A stretch of DNA of 23,133 nucleotides from Selaginella moellendorffii (taxonomy: Eukaryota > Plantae > Lycopodiophyta), in the NCBI RefSeq assembly GCF_000143415.4, contig NW_003314406.1, positions 291,532 to 314,664 of the forward strand, given 5' to 3'. Under the pieces are notes generated by a model. That model searched no databases. It saw only the letters and a program-made list of their open reading frames with translations, and was not told the DNA's origin. Positions 9,880-21,094 of the stretch are shown here, in pieces. How positions within the stretch are numbered: position 1 is the first letter of the stretch; each line of letters opens with the position of its first letter. Made by a program: the position numbers and the translations under genes.

Positions 9880-10286
9880 GATGGCATGTATTTATTTAAA
9901 AATGTAACTTATTATGGCATGGGGTTCCATGCCATTGTATTAATATTAAAAGACAATTCTTTGAGAGGATTTGCATTATACTAGAAGTGTTACAGCATGT
10001 TATTGGAAGTCTACGAAGTTGTTTTATTAATAAGGGGAAAGTAAAGATTGAATGGGGACTTGGGCTCCACCTAGACTCGGAGCAACTGAGCCAATATTAA
10101 AAGGATGGAAAGAAATTGGACGACGATGACAAGGAGAAGAGAGAGGTGAAGCAGTGAGAAGTGATTGAGTAGACATTTCCTTGTTTAAAATAAAATGGCA
10201 TGTGCCTCAATGCAGTTGAATTTTGTTATATTTATATACTATATAAAGGTTTGGAAACCTTATTTTACAAGTGGGATAATGACAAT

Positions 10287-10309
10287 TCCCACTTTAACGA
10301 AATAGAGCT
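10287..10309 (-). repeat. Right terminal inverted repeat
   Basis: TCCCACTTTAACGAAATAGAGCT is the reverse complement of 1-23. A second, inverted AAGTGGGA copy lies at 10269-10276. Confidence 0.9.
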
Positions 10310-10657
10310 TTTGGGTGACCAATGATGAACAGGAACCTTGATTGGACGAGCATCCCTGGTTGGAATCGGATGACATGTGGCAATTTTGGCCCCAGACGAT
10401 AGGTCAAATTCAAAGAGATTAAAATACTCCTTCATGAGCCAGTCAACCATTGCAACACAAAGATCGTCAGAGGGATCGGAAAAAGGAAGAGAAGAACAAG
10501 ATGGAAACATAGGAGGAAATAGTGGGGGAACAAAAGTAATGGAAGCAGAGGTAGAAGTAGAGGGACAAAGAGGTACGGAAGTGAAAGGAATGGATGAAAC
10601 ATAAAGAAGTATGAGATAAGGGGGAGAAGCCTCAAAGTCACACTTGGCATGATTGCG

Positions 10658-10957
10658 CTACAACCAATCCATACCAAAAATGAGGTCAAAAGCTTGACTC
10701 GGCACAACCCGCAACGACTGCAACTCAAGCTCGAGATCGCCCAGATGCACAACTAGGTCCGCCTCATCCCGTGCACATGCATGTGTATAGCCGTTGCCAT
10801 AAAGAATAAAAACTGATTCCGCCACATGACACAAGTGTAGACGATAACGTGTGGCAACAGGTCGAGCAATAAAAGATAAACTCGAACCTATATCAACCAA
10901 CACAGAGAGAATAATAAGAGACCTCTTGTTATAAAAACGAGCTTGGAAAGTAAACAC
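10658..10957 (-). pseudogene. Retroviral-type aspartic protease remnant
   Basis: VLVDIGSSLSFI (D[S/T]G changed to DIG) and FDLIFGMDWL motifs. Confidence 0.85.
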
Positions 10958-11178
10958 TGGATGAACTAGTGCCGAGTGAACCCCTTAATGATACTCCTGA
11001 AAGAAAGATGGAGGGGTCACTGACTTATTCGCGCAAAGTCCCTCCATTACTCATGCAACTCCTCATTTCCCGGATGCATCTCAGTGTTCAAACTGTCCAC
11101 TACAATAACACTAATGGGACGTTGCTGACACCAAGGTCTCCACCCAGGAAATGGAGGTCGCCAATCCGGAAAATGCCA

Positions 11179-11886
11179 ACAATGCCGATAAATATGACCA
11201 ACTTCATCATACGCCCAACAGCAAACATCATGGCCACGACCTCGTCTTTGCCCTTGTCCTTGGACTCAAGCAGCAGCAGCATCAACCTCCATTGGAACAG
11301 AACCATCACCCATAGGAAGTGGAGCTAAAGGACATGCAACGAGAAGTGGAAGAGGCGACGTCTCATAATGTTGTGCCAAATGAAAAGCGTCATCAAAGGT
11401 GGCGGGAGCAAGTGCATGCACAAGTCAGACAAAATCTTGACGAAGTGCTGGCCAAAACATTCCTAGCTTGATCCGCTCCAACATATTTGGCTCTACACGA
11501 AAAAAAAGACTTCGGAAACAAACGCCAAATTGCATCACCAACTTAGATGGCCCTTGGCGAAGACGATGCAATTGTTGGAAGGCATCATCACAGTCATTGG
11601 CATGTCCGAAGGCGCATTTGACAACGTCCGGGAGAACACTCCAATCCCTACAAGTGGCTGCGCTTAAACCATTGTACCATTGCAATGCTGTCCCGTTGAG
11701 ACACGTGGGAAACTCACGCAAACATCGAGCATCATCCCAAGAATGATATGTGGCAATCACCGTGAAGTGATCAAACCAATGGTACATATCATCCCCAAGA
11801 GTCTCATGAAAGAACTCCTGCCGAACACGAGGATTGGCACCAAGAGCAAGAGGAGTTGTACCACATGCCATGAACGTTGCCATCAA
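11179..11886 (-). pseudogene. gag remnant (capsid plus decayed CCHC knuckle)
   Basis: HWFDHF...WDDARCLREFPTCLNGTALQWY...LHRLRQGPS retrotransposon gag pattern. CWAYDEVGHIYRHC at 11179-11220 is CX2CX4HX4C with C>Y. Confidence 0.85.
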
Positions 11887-12194
11887 CTGAGTTTAGTTGT
11901 TCAATTGCAAGTGCATAGCATCAAGCAATTGTACCAATTGCTGCTCAAGAGTCAAAAGAGGAGATTGCTGATCTGCCATGAAAATGAACGAAAAAGAAAG
12001 AGCAAAAGAAGAAAAATGATGAAAAGCTAGAAGGAAATGGTTGATCTAGACAATGCAAAAAGCTAGATCTAAAGCAAAATCCTGAAAGGAAAGAACAAAA
12101 GAAAGGAAATGGAAAAAACTAGATCTAAACAATGCAAAAGCTAGATCTAAACCAAAATCCCAAATTTAAGCACTCTCCAGGGACAATCAAAGGT

Positions 12195-12211
12195 GCCCCT
12201 CATCTCCACCA
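12195..12211 (-). other. Primer-binding site complementary to the tRNA-Ala 3' end
   Basis: Minus strand reads TGGTGGAGATGAGGGGC, complementary to the plant tRNA-Ala end ...CCCCGCATCTCCACCA with one mismatch (tRNA sequence from memory). Confidence 0.75.
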
Positions 12212-12212
12212 A

Positions 12213-12387
12213 TGTGAATACTTGGAATATAGAAAAGGAATACAGAAAATGTGCATATCAATTAGCCCAAAAACCTTAGTTTATATATAGGAGCGAGTGG
12301 TCCGAATTGAAGCAAATCCGACAGCTACCAAAATCCCACTATGCTAATATTAGTATATGGCATCGTAGTCGTACACTTGGCCCTCAC
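12213..12387 (-). repeat. 5' LTR (175 bp) of the gypsy element
   Basis: TGTGA...TCACA inverted termini. TATA-like CTATATATAA on the minus strand at 12281-12290. The PBS follows after 1 nt. Confidence 0.75.
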
Positions 12388-15300
12388 AACAACAAATAGT
12401 TAAAATTATTAATTCCTCTACTTTAAGTTAGAATATATCATATTTTTATTGACATTATTTTCCCTAGATTATAATTAAACAAATTTATGTTTTTAAATTA
12501 TACTTAGTTTTTTTTAAAAAATTAATAAAAGATCTCTATAAATACGTAGTAGTTATTTTTTTAATATTTAGGTTAATTTTTTAGAAATTTGTATATGAAA
12601 TCCTCTCATTTGATGACAGGAATATTTATTCTTTGTAAGAGAGATAGTTAAAATTCAGAGCATTATATTATATATCATTAAAATTCTTTTATATTTTGTA
12701 TAGAGCAAATGAATTAACATATTAAATCTACGATTCAATTAATTTATTTAAATTTCTGGCATCATAACAATGTTATTGAGGCTAAAAGATTTCACAAAAG
12801 GTGAATTCTTACTTTGATATTAGGGTATTGATTATACAGAATCTTTTTTTTTAACCATAACATATCAGAAAATTTAAAAATTGTCCATAGATTAATTTAA
12901 TAATAAGAAAAGCTAAAGTGATGATGAATGACATTTTTTTTAGATAGTAGCCTTTTGTATTGTGTCTATTGTTGTTTCAATCATATCTTTAACTTTACAT
13001 CATTATTTTTTTAATATGTTTTTCATGTATCAATGCACAAATTATTAGTCTTAATAAAGTATTATAACTTTATGATATTGCACAAATCTTACACTATATT
13101 TGAGGTAACCGACAACTCAATGTGATTAGATTTATTGATGAATGTGTAATAAGTATTATAAGATTATTTTAAAAAATAAAACTAATTTACAATATATGGC
13201 AAAAGTTACATATCACTTTGTCAAGTTAAAATAGCTGAAGCTATTCAACTCTTCTATTTTAACTTATTAAATATTTCATGTTGTATTGTCTGTACTTATT
13301 TAATTTAATGTTATAGTATATTGCTTCATGTGTCTGCTATATACCATCTTTATACAACAAAATTATGTTTAATTTTATTAATGAAGTATGATGATGCTGA
13401 GATTCCAGCTCTGCTAGAAATTATAGATTAAAATAAATATCAAAAAATTCCAAAAGAAAATTAATTATATTTTTAGTGATTTCTTTAGATATTACAATAA
13501 TTTTTGAAATGAATAGTTTTAATTAGTTTATGGTATACTTGTAAAACTTTATATGAGTAATGGAGAGAGTAGTTTTTTGAATAATGTTTAGTGCTAATAA
13601 GTTTAAAGTTTATTAAGTGCATAAGAATAAGTCTAATACTATTTTAAAACCTTTTATAAGAAACAATAAAACGGAATATACCAATAATTATTAATTAAAA
13701 GTTACTCTTTTATATTTCTCATTTGCAGAGATTATATTGAGTCTATGCATGAAATGGAAGCCCACTTTCAATGAAGCATAAAGCAATTTTTAATTATAGT
13801 GTAAAGTTGTGTGTATTTAGAGAAAAAAGTGCTCCACCAAGGAGAAGAACATCAATTTACAGGTAAAGAGTATATTTGTTTGGAAAGAGTAGGATTATTT
13901 TTGTTTACCCATTATCAGAGAAATTAAAGTAGGCTCTGATTTACAGGGAATGTGGTTTAGCTTTCAAAGTTTCTACAGACAGGTGGTTATCCATTACATT
14001 TCATAAAAGGGCTTTTGGAAACATTGAGTGAAAGTGAAGTCCTCTTCACATGGTAATGGTTTGAGGTTTCTTTCTGTAGCCTCCTATAAGAACTCTCAGC
14101 TTGTCCGAATCTGATTCAAAGATCTGTTTCTAGAGGATTCTCATGCAACTAAATTCAACAGGTGGTAAAGATCATATGGAGAAATGGCTGTATACCTTTA
14201 AGTCAGTGATAGACCTTGCTATGATAATAATCTGTGTCATCATTGAAGTGTTTGGTCCTGAGTCCTGGCTAAGAACCATACTCTTGGTTGAATCTAGTGC
14301 CACAGTCAATGCTTTGATTCCTTACACAGCATTCCTTACATGGCCTTGATTGTGTCTGTAGGAAAATCTGGGATTCCAGATCAATTTGTCTCTACAGAAA
14401 AACAACCTTGCTGCTAGAAAAAAATAAAACCAACCAGCAGCTGGTGCTTCAGTTTGGTTCTTCCAGGTCTTTTTGAGGGAAATAATAGTTCTTAGCTTCA
14501 TTAATGCATTGTTTAAAGACGGGAAATCAAAATCAATAATTGATGTTATTATTTGTCTGTTTTGTAATATAAACACAAGAAAAATGACTGTCAGACTTGA
14601 GCGTAAGAAACTTGCCTGGTTGTTTTTGTGCTCATTTGTGTGAGTCTCAAAGAGACAGAGAAGTGAGTTTATACGTCGCTGCAATTTTGTTCTGTCATGC
14701 CACATCCATAGAGAGACAAAATTTATGTGGAGATGCAGCAGCTGGACAGGCAAATGAAAGGTACCTCTAAGACACCAAAGTGGAGGCCATTTTTTGGATA
14801 AACAAAAAACAGATGTGCGACCTCCAATGCCAGACCTGCGAACTGAATTGCCTTGGTCCATCAACCTTGAGGCACGACTGAATTGCCTGCGCAATGTAGG
14901 AAAGACATTGGAAAGGAGACAAGGGCTTTTTAGCCAGGAGACTTTATTGTATATACAATGATGGCCAGCTGATAATCCAGTGAGCAATAGGTTTAATGTA
15001 CTTAGTTGAGCCCTCCAAAACACTCTTGCAAGTTAAGCAAGAACCCAAGGTTGCCATATGAAGATTGTGCCAAGCACTGAGCAGCAAAGATGCGGTCCAC
15101 GTTTGCTCAGATTCTCGATGAATTCCACAAGACAATGTGGGAATCATCAAGCTTGTATAAGCCCATGCTGACCATTTGCATTTAATCTACTTTCTACATT
15201 GAAGATCCACTGAAGGCCATGTTTTCTTGAGGTTCTTTCTCTCATTGTCTCACATCTTGTACGAAAGCATTGAGATGGTGACGATACAGTGCCTGGCCCA

Positions 15301-15832
15301 AGACACGCACTTAGCAAAGATGCGACCTCCACTTTGTTGAGAGATCAGATCAGTGCTTTATTCATTATACGCATTTTTGTGCCCAGTTTTTCCTGCATTT
15401 TGAATCAAGTTCAGTGACTGATGAACTTGAAAAGCAGATGAAGATACCAGAAAGGCACCTTACATAAAAGCCCAGCCTTCACTCAGTCTTTTACTCGTCC
15501 GATTCACTCAGAGATCCCAAGCTCCCCTTGCAGACCTTTTTTAAATGAACCTGCACCCAAAGCCGAATAGGTTTGTAGACCAGATCAAAACCTAATAAAC
15601 CTACAAATAAAACATAAAAACTAATAATAAAAGCATTAAAATAACTTACCAAATGGATACCCATAGTTTCCCTGTTACCAGTGCTTTTGAGGAATTCATA
15701 TGTATAAAATTTTTCAAAGTTCTTTTTAGTAACTACAGGTATTTTCAATACATTGCAAAAACCATCAGCTTTGAAAGGAGAAAGTTAGTGCGGCTGATAT
15801 GCTGCTATGGATGGTTTGGCAGACATTCTTAT

Positions 15833-16690
15833 ATGCAATCTTCCAGTGTGGTAGCCAGGAGCAGCACGTTTACGGGCAGGAGGGCCAGGTTTTCCATGGA
15901 TCAGCTGTGCTGCTGCCGCCCCCCACAGCGGCCCCTGCCAAGGAATCTCTCCAGCTCGTGACAAGGGAGGAGTGATTGGGGCTCTACGAGGACATGATCC
16001 CTGGTCAGATGTATTATAGGAGCAAGATGTTTGTATTTGTACAGCAATGGACAGGAGGCCGTGTCCACAGGATTCGTCAAGGCACTCAAGGAGGACTACA
16101 TTTGCAGCACTTACTGAAATCACATCCACGCGCTGAGAAAAGGTGTCCCTGCCAGGCAAGTGATGAGCGAGCTCTTCAGCAAATCCACTGGCTGGGCACG
16201 GCCAAGGTGGATCCATGCATATGTTCTCCGCTGCTAGGAGGATTTGCTTTCATCGGTAATGGGATCCCCGTGGCGACTGGAGCAGCCTTCTCAACCAAGT
16301 TCTTGCGGGAAGTTCTCAAGGATCTCAGTGTGAACGCAGTGACGCTGGCGTTTTCAGGGATGGGACTTGCAACAATGGGCAGTTCTTGGAGTGCTTGGAC
16401 ATGGCGGTGCTGTGGAAGCTGCCAATTGTCCACGTGGTGGAGAACAACCTCTGAGCGATCGGCATGGACCACTTTTGAGCTATGTCAGTGCTGGATATCT
16501 GGAAGAAAAGAGAGGCTTTTGTATGCATGGAGTTCACGTCGATGGAATGGACGTGCTCAAAGTCAGCGAGGTGGCCAAGGAAGCCATTGCGAGAGCTTGG
16601 AGGGGTGACAGCCCGACATTAGTGGAGTGTGAGACTTATTGGTATATAGAGGTCATTCTCTCACCGATCTGGACGAGCTCTGGAAGCCTG
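15833..16690 (+). pseudogene. Plastid pyruvate dehydrogenase E1 alpha subunit pseudogene (5' exon only)
   Basis: Read across frames: transit-peptide-like [110 protein letters not shown] (TPP-binding motif), HVDGMDVLKV, PTLVECETY, RGHSLTDLDEL. Many stops and frameshifts. Ends at the donor G|GTAAGT (16691). Confidence 0.92.
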
Positions 16691-16751
16691 GTAAGTGCCT
16701 TGCTTTGTTCTTCGTGGATAACACCATGAAGCGGAACCTAAACCCTTTTTG

Positions 16752-16790
16752 TGCCACGTGACAGATGCCACGTGTCCATGCCACGTGTCC
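16752..16790. promoter_or_regulatory. Triplet of G-box/ABRE motifs (TGCCACGTG x3)
   Basis: TGCCACGTGACAGATGCCACGTGTCCATGCCACGTGTCC read directly; function is inferred. Confidence 0.5.
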
Positions 16791-17804
16791 ATAAGAACCC
16801 GAGGTTCAGGGCCTTGGGCCACTAAACGAAGGAATGGTGCCAAACTCCCAAGCGTAAAGCCAAAGAGTGGTGAAACCGAACCACAGAGCAACTCTCAAGT
16901 GTAAAGCCCAAGGAGCATAGGGACAGGAGCCCAGAGCGACTTGGAACAGTCCTGGAGCAACCAGCATCTTAATGCTAGGACCAGCATGCAAAACGGTGCC
17001 AAACGGAGTTTGGCGCTATTTCGGCATACTGGTGGCCTAACGCGAGGACATGGGTACTCCACCAGCTAGCATGGTGTGGAACTTGGGCTTAGACCCAAGC
17101 CAGATGCAGAATAAGGACATGCACGCAAGCGGGAGCTAGACTATGCCTCAGGTTGGTCGGCCATGCCCGACCTACCCACTATCCCTACTATACATTTGGA
17201 ACCCCCCAAAGGCCCCCCCCCCCCCCCCCCCTTGAGGAACACACACTTTGGGCTTTCACCCTAAGCCTCCCTTAGTATCAGGAGTTAGTCTCTGGGACAA
17301 GCTCGAAACTTACTAAATATGGAATGTCCCTAAATTGTGAATTTGGACATGGGACAAACACCGTTGTGTTCAAGCCGATCTCTATATTCCGTAGATGTGC
17401 CAAATGAGCAAATCTGGACACTTTCCATAAATAGCATTTGAGACCAAAATGAGACTAACACAAAGGGCATGATAGCGAGAGTGTTTGGCAGCCATCATCT
17501 AGCAAATATTGAGGGACCAATCTCAATATCGCGGGGGTTCCCAACACTAGCAAGTGCAAGCCAACATCATGAGTTTCTCATCACCGTGTCAAGTTTGCTT
17601 GACTAAATGACAACTTAGGATTTCCTTCCTTAGTGCCCTTCTGGTCTAAGTGCACATGTGATGACCAGTTTCTCAACTAGCTTAGGCGGAGACTAATAAC
17701 AGGTCCAACAATACTGACCTTTTGCCATCGTGGCAGTAAGGTAAAAGTGTCCGTAAGGACTGGTCGACAGGTAACTTTCGATACCCGAAGTCACATTCGC
17801 AACA
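16790..17804 (-). repeat. Left direct repeat (putative 3' LTR)
   Basis: Aligns with 20357-21094. On the minus strand it begins TGTTGCGAATGTGAC straight after the PPT. Contains a poly-C run at ~17213-17231. Confidence 0.8.
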
Positions 17805-17816
17805 CTCTCCCCCCTT
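17805..17816 (-). other. Polypurine tract
   Basis: Minus strand AAGGGGGGAGAG, immediately followed by TGT. Confidence 0.75.
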
Positions 17817-20356
17817 AGGGAAGATTAACGTCCTCGTCAATGCATACTCCAGTCTAGAATACCGTCAAGGAAACAACTCTAGAAAAAGTTCACAGTACTC
17901 ACACTATGTGAGAAATGCACCAACTTAAATGAGTTAGGAGGCAACCTCTTTGTCTAACGCGGATGCGCTACCAGCTCAGACACGTTCCAGCCGTCGCCGA
18001 CAAGGAAATGACCAACAGAATTTGCCACCCTTGCTGCTTTGGGAATCACCCAGCTTACAAAAGTGTGATATGCCCCTGCCCGCAGGGACATAGAGAGAGA
18101 AGCTAGAGGCCCCAACCCTCCTAAGCAAAGAAACCAAACCCGTCGGTATGGTTTAGATAGACTACTGTAAACAGGCAGTTAGTTGTTTACACGGTCACGC
18201 CCTTTTAACGGAATAAGGAACATCGACAAAGAGGTGGGTTATGTGACCAGTCGATAGTAGCTACCCCATGACTAGAGATTTCAGCATGTACACGAAGTGC
18301 CGAAGCTAGTCTGCCTATACTGGCCCAAACTCAAAGATCAATAGATGGACAATATCAAAGTCATAGACAATGATATCTTAGAGACTTATTTATCAGTGAA
18401 TATATTTTAAATTAGAACACAAAAGTATTCCAATGAAGTTATCATTCGATAAACTAGTATTATAGGATAGGAACCACCAAGAACACCATAATTGGTAAAT
18501 ATAGGAATCACCATCCAACAAAACTCAATAGCAAGCGTATCATCAAAAAAACTTCAATAATAAAACTTAACTATTGGAAATGGTAGACAGTATGCTAAAC
18601 AACTTACTAAAGATAACTCAAAGAACACAAAGTATCATTGATTAGCAAGCAAGATGCTCGCAAATGTATTACTCGAAGGAAATAACATCCCAATATATCA
18701 GAACTATATATATAATCTGAATAGATCCTAGCCAACAACACCAAGGAACTCAAGTTGCCTAAGCAAGTGTCAGCAACATCCTATTGATGTCTTAAACCCA
18801 AGAGACCAATCCAGAGCAAACCACAAAGAACATGTGGTAATGCGAGAAGCCAAAAGCCATCAAAGAGAATAACTAACCATCATGAAAGATCATCAATCAT
18901 CTCGTCAATAAAGAGATGCAGAATCATCATGAAAGAAGAATCCACCATTATGAAGAATGGCAAATCATTCTATATCAACAATAATCAAACAAAACTTTTT
19001 TTGACAAGGATAATCAACTATTTTAGATGATAGTCAATCATCACCAATGATTGCTAAATGCAAATACTAACTTCAACATCAAAGCTAATAAGCCAAAATG
19101 TCTTCCCCAATGACTTCTAACAAATGGAACAATGAGCATAAAACTCAAAGAACCAAAAGCGTGAAGAACCCTATAGCTAAGTCTTGCTTAATAATGATCA
19201 CGAATCTTGCATAAACTAACTTCAATGCTAAAAAGAAAATCATGGTATAACCCATAATATCCTCCTCAACACATCCATAAGCTAAACTTCATAATGCAAA
19301 GCTAATGAAGAGTATGTCTGCATCAATCCAAAAGCTAAGCATAACACAGTTATGCTCGACAAGTAATCACCAAATGATCCTCCATGAATCCATCTATAGC
19401 AAGACATAACTCACTTTATAACAAGCACAAGAAAAATCATCAATGATCAATATATTCCAACTCAAACCCCAATAAGGATTCAAATATTCCAATATCTGTA
19501 GAGTTAGCATAGTCCACGACTAAATCACCTTTCAAGGAAAAGCCAAAGCTCAACCCCTCGTCTAAAACACAATTAACTCAAACTTGTCACTCAGTTCATT
19601 TGAACGTCAACATAGTTGCTAATTAGCAAATGCACAAATGCTAATAACACAAAGTCATGGCCAAATCATCAACACTATCTCTATCGAGAGTAATGAAATG
19701 CAATATCAATCCTAAGGATAGACATCTCATCTCACTTGAATCTCAACATCAATAATGTCAACGACAAGGCATCATTTTAATGCTATCAACACTAGAACAA
19801 AGCTAGAAGAAAGCACGAGTGTATCACCACTTAAGACTTTCTAGCAACCAAGCTAACCAAAGTCGAAAATACCTTAGTCGGTATCTGAGACCAAATCTTC
19901 AGCAAAACTCAGTTATAGATAACACTTCCTCAAGGAGTGAATCACCACATCCAAGACTCAATGAAACCCAACACTATAAACTAAACACAATCAAATGATA
20001 TTGACAGAGGTAGAGTCGAAATGCCAATATGGAAAACCCACATAAGTCTAATGACACGATCCTCCGCAACACCATCCGGTAAAGCAAGCCCATCACCGCT
20101 AAATCATCATCAAGTGAAGCAAGTATTAGAGGTCCTCAACAAAGTCTATAAGCAACCATTAGTCGCAAGGCAACCAACAATCACTCTTCAACTTGCCTTC
20201 ACAAGACCCAAACACTAAACTTGCGCCATTGAGTTATATACTTGTCCAACATGAACGTAATACCCTAGATACGAGATAAAGGTTCATTGATAAGCACAAA
20301 CTAAATAACCACTCGAATCCAACTCAACTGTAATAAGCTCACCAACACGTCTAGTC

Positions 20357-21094
20357 AATAACTCTGAGGTTCAGGGCCTTGAGCCACTGAACGAAGGAAC
20401 GGTGCCAAACTCCCAAGCGTAAAGCCAAAGAGTGGTGGAACTGAACCACGGAGCAACTCCCGAGTGTAAAGCCCAAGAAGCGTAGGGACAGGAGCCCAGA
20501 GTGACTTGGAACAGTCCTGGAGCAACCAGCATCCTAATGCCAGGACTAGCACGCAAAACGGTGCCAAACGGAGTCTGGCACTATTTCGGCATACCGGTGG
20601 CCTAACGCGAAGACATGGGTACTCCACCAGCTAGCATGGTGTGGAACCTGGGCTTAGACCCAAGCCGGACGCAGAACAAGGACAAGCACGCAAGCGGGAG
20701 CTAAACTTTGCCTCAGGTTGGTCGGCCATGTCCGACCTACCCACTATCCCTACTATACATTTGGANNNNNNNNNNNNNNNNNNNNNNNNNNNNNNNNNNN
20801 NNNNNNNNNNNNNNNNNNNNNNNNNNNNNNNNNNNNNNNNNNNNNNNNNNNNNNNNNNNNNNNNNCATGAGTTTCTCATCACCGTGTCAAGTTTGCTTGA
20901 CTAAATGACAACTTAGGATTTCCTTCCTTAGTGCCCTTCTGGTCTAAGTGCACATGTGATGACCAGTTTCTCAACTAGCTTAGGCGGAGACTAATAACGG
21001 GTCTAACAATACCAACCTTTTGCCATCGTGGCAGTAAGGTAAAAGTGTCCGTAAGGACGGGTCGACAGGTAACTTTCGATACCCGAAGTCACAT
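20357..21094 (-). repeat. Right direct repeat (putative 5' LTR, incomplete)
   Basis: By hand count, 27 differences in 400 bp versus 16801-17200 and 5 differences in ~228 bp versus ~17568-17795. Confidence 0.8.
20766..20865. other. Assembly gap (100 N placeholder, ~370 bp by comparison with the left repeat)
   Basis: Run of N. The flanks map to 17200 and ~17568 in the left copy. Confidence 0.95.

Larger units (their letters stand above)
226..10216. repeat. Dispersed 22-bp spaced palindrome ATGGCRTG-N6-CAYGCCAT (~20 copies)
   Basis: Copies start at 226, 542, 631, 2454, 2511, 4454, 4524, 4622, 5273, 5345, 6209, 6288, 6447, 6582, 8762 (perfect palindrome), 8837, 9914 and 10195. Half-sites or degenerate copies occur at ~1052, 5251, 6029 and 9881. 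The 6-bp spacer length is constant in the full copies. Confidence 0.9.
1..10309 (-). mobile_element. 10.3-kb TIR DNA transposon, Sola1-like (DUF7869-type transposase), carrying a cargo gene
   Basis: Bases 1-23 (AGCTCTATTTCGTTAAAGTGGGA) are the exact reverse complement of 10287-10309. The element encloses a DDD transposase gene. The right end abruptly interrupts a gypsy pol reading frame. An element-specific palindromic motif is confined to this interval. The TSD cannot be assessed because the left flank is outside the window. The superfamily assignment comes from remembered motifs, not a search. Confidence 0.85.
10310..12387 (-). mobile_element. Degenerate Ty3/gypsy LTR retrotransposon, 5' part (LTR, PBS, gag, protease, start of RT region)
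   Basis: Order on the minus strand: LTR, PBS, gag, zinc knuckle, protease, then the pre-RT linker HPIPTRDARPIKVPVHHWSPK, cut by the TIR at 10309. Multiple stops and frameshifts. Confidence 0.9.
16720..21094 (-). mobile_element. Non-autonomous LTR retrotransposon-like element (LARD-like, gypsy-type 3' end)
   Basis: ~1-kb direct repeats at ~16790-17796 and ~20357-21094 (the second contains a 100-N gap). PPT AAGGGGGGAGAG on the minus strand abuts the left repeat. The 2.5-kb internal region is strand-biased (A/C-rich on +) with no long ORF. Left boundary, PBS and TSD are not resolved. Confidence 0.75.

Noticed and set aside
226-10216. Palindromic repeats as a CRISPR array
   Set aside because: Spacing is irregular (tens to thousands of bp), copies lie inside ORFs, the context is eukaryotic and there are no cas genes.
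10246-10261. Hairpin AAGGTTT-GG-AAACCTT as a Helitron 3' end
   Set aside because: Short and AT-rich, with no CTRR following. The TIR explains the element boundary.
12390-13700. AT-rich stretch as a MITE or Helitron
   Set aside because: No TIRs, TSD or terminal hairpin identified by eye.
14143-15023. ORFs 14143-14349 (+) and 14322-15023 (-) as genes
   Set aside because: No recognisable homology, and the longer ORF has a non-ATG start. They may hold decayed exon fragments I cannot identify.
16715-16719. TGGAT / TGGGT (21094-21098) as the TSD of the LTR element
   Set aside because: One mismatch, and the implied left end does not start with TG, so it may be chance.
17820-20350. Coding capacity in the LTR element interior, or DIRS/PLE identity
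   Set aside because: No long ORF and no RT, tyrosine recombinase or integrase motif found. Only a gypsy-like pol-end/PPT signature is present.
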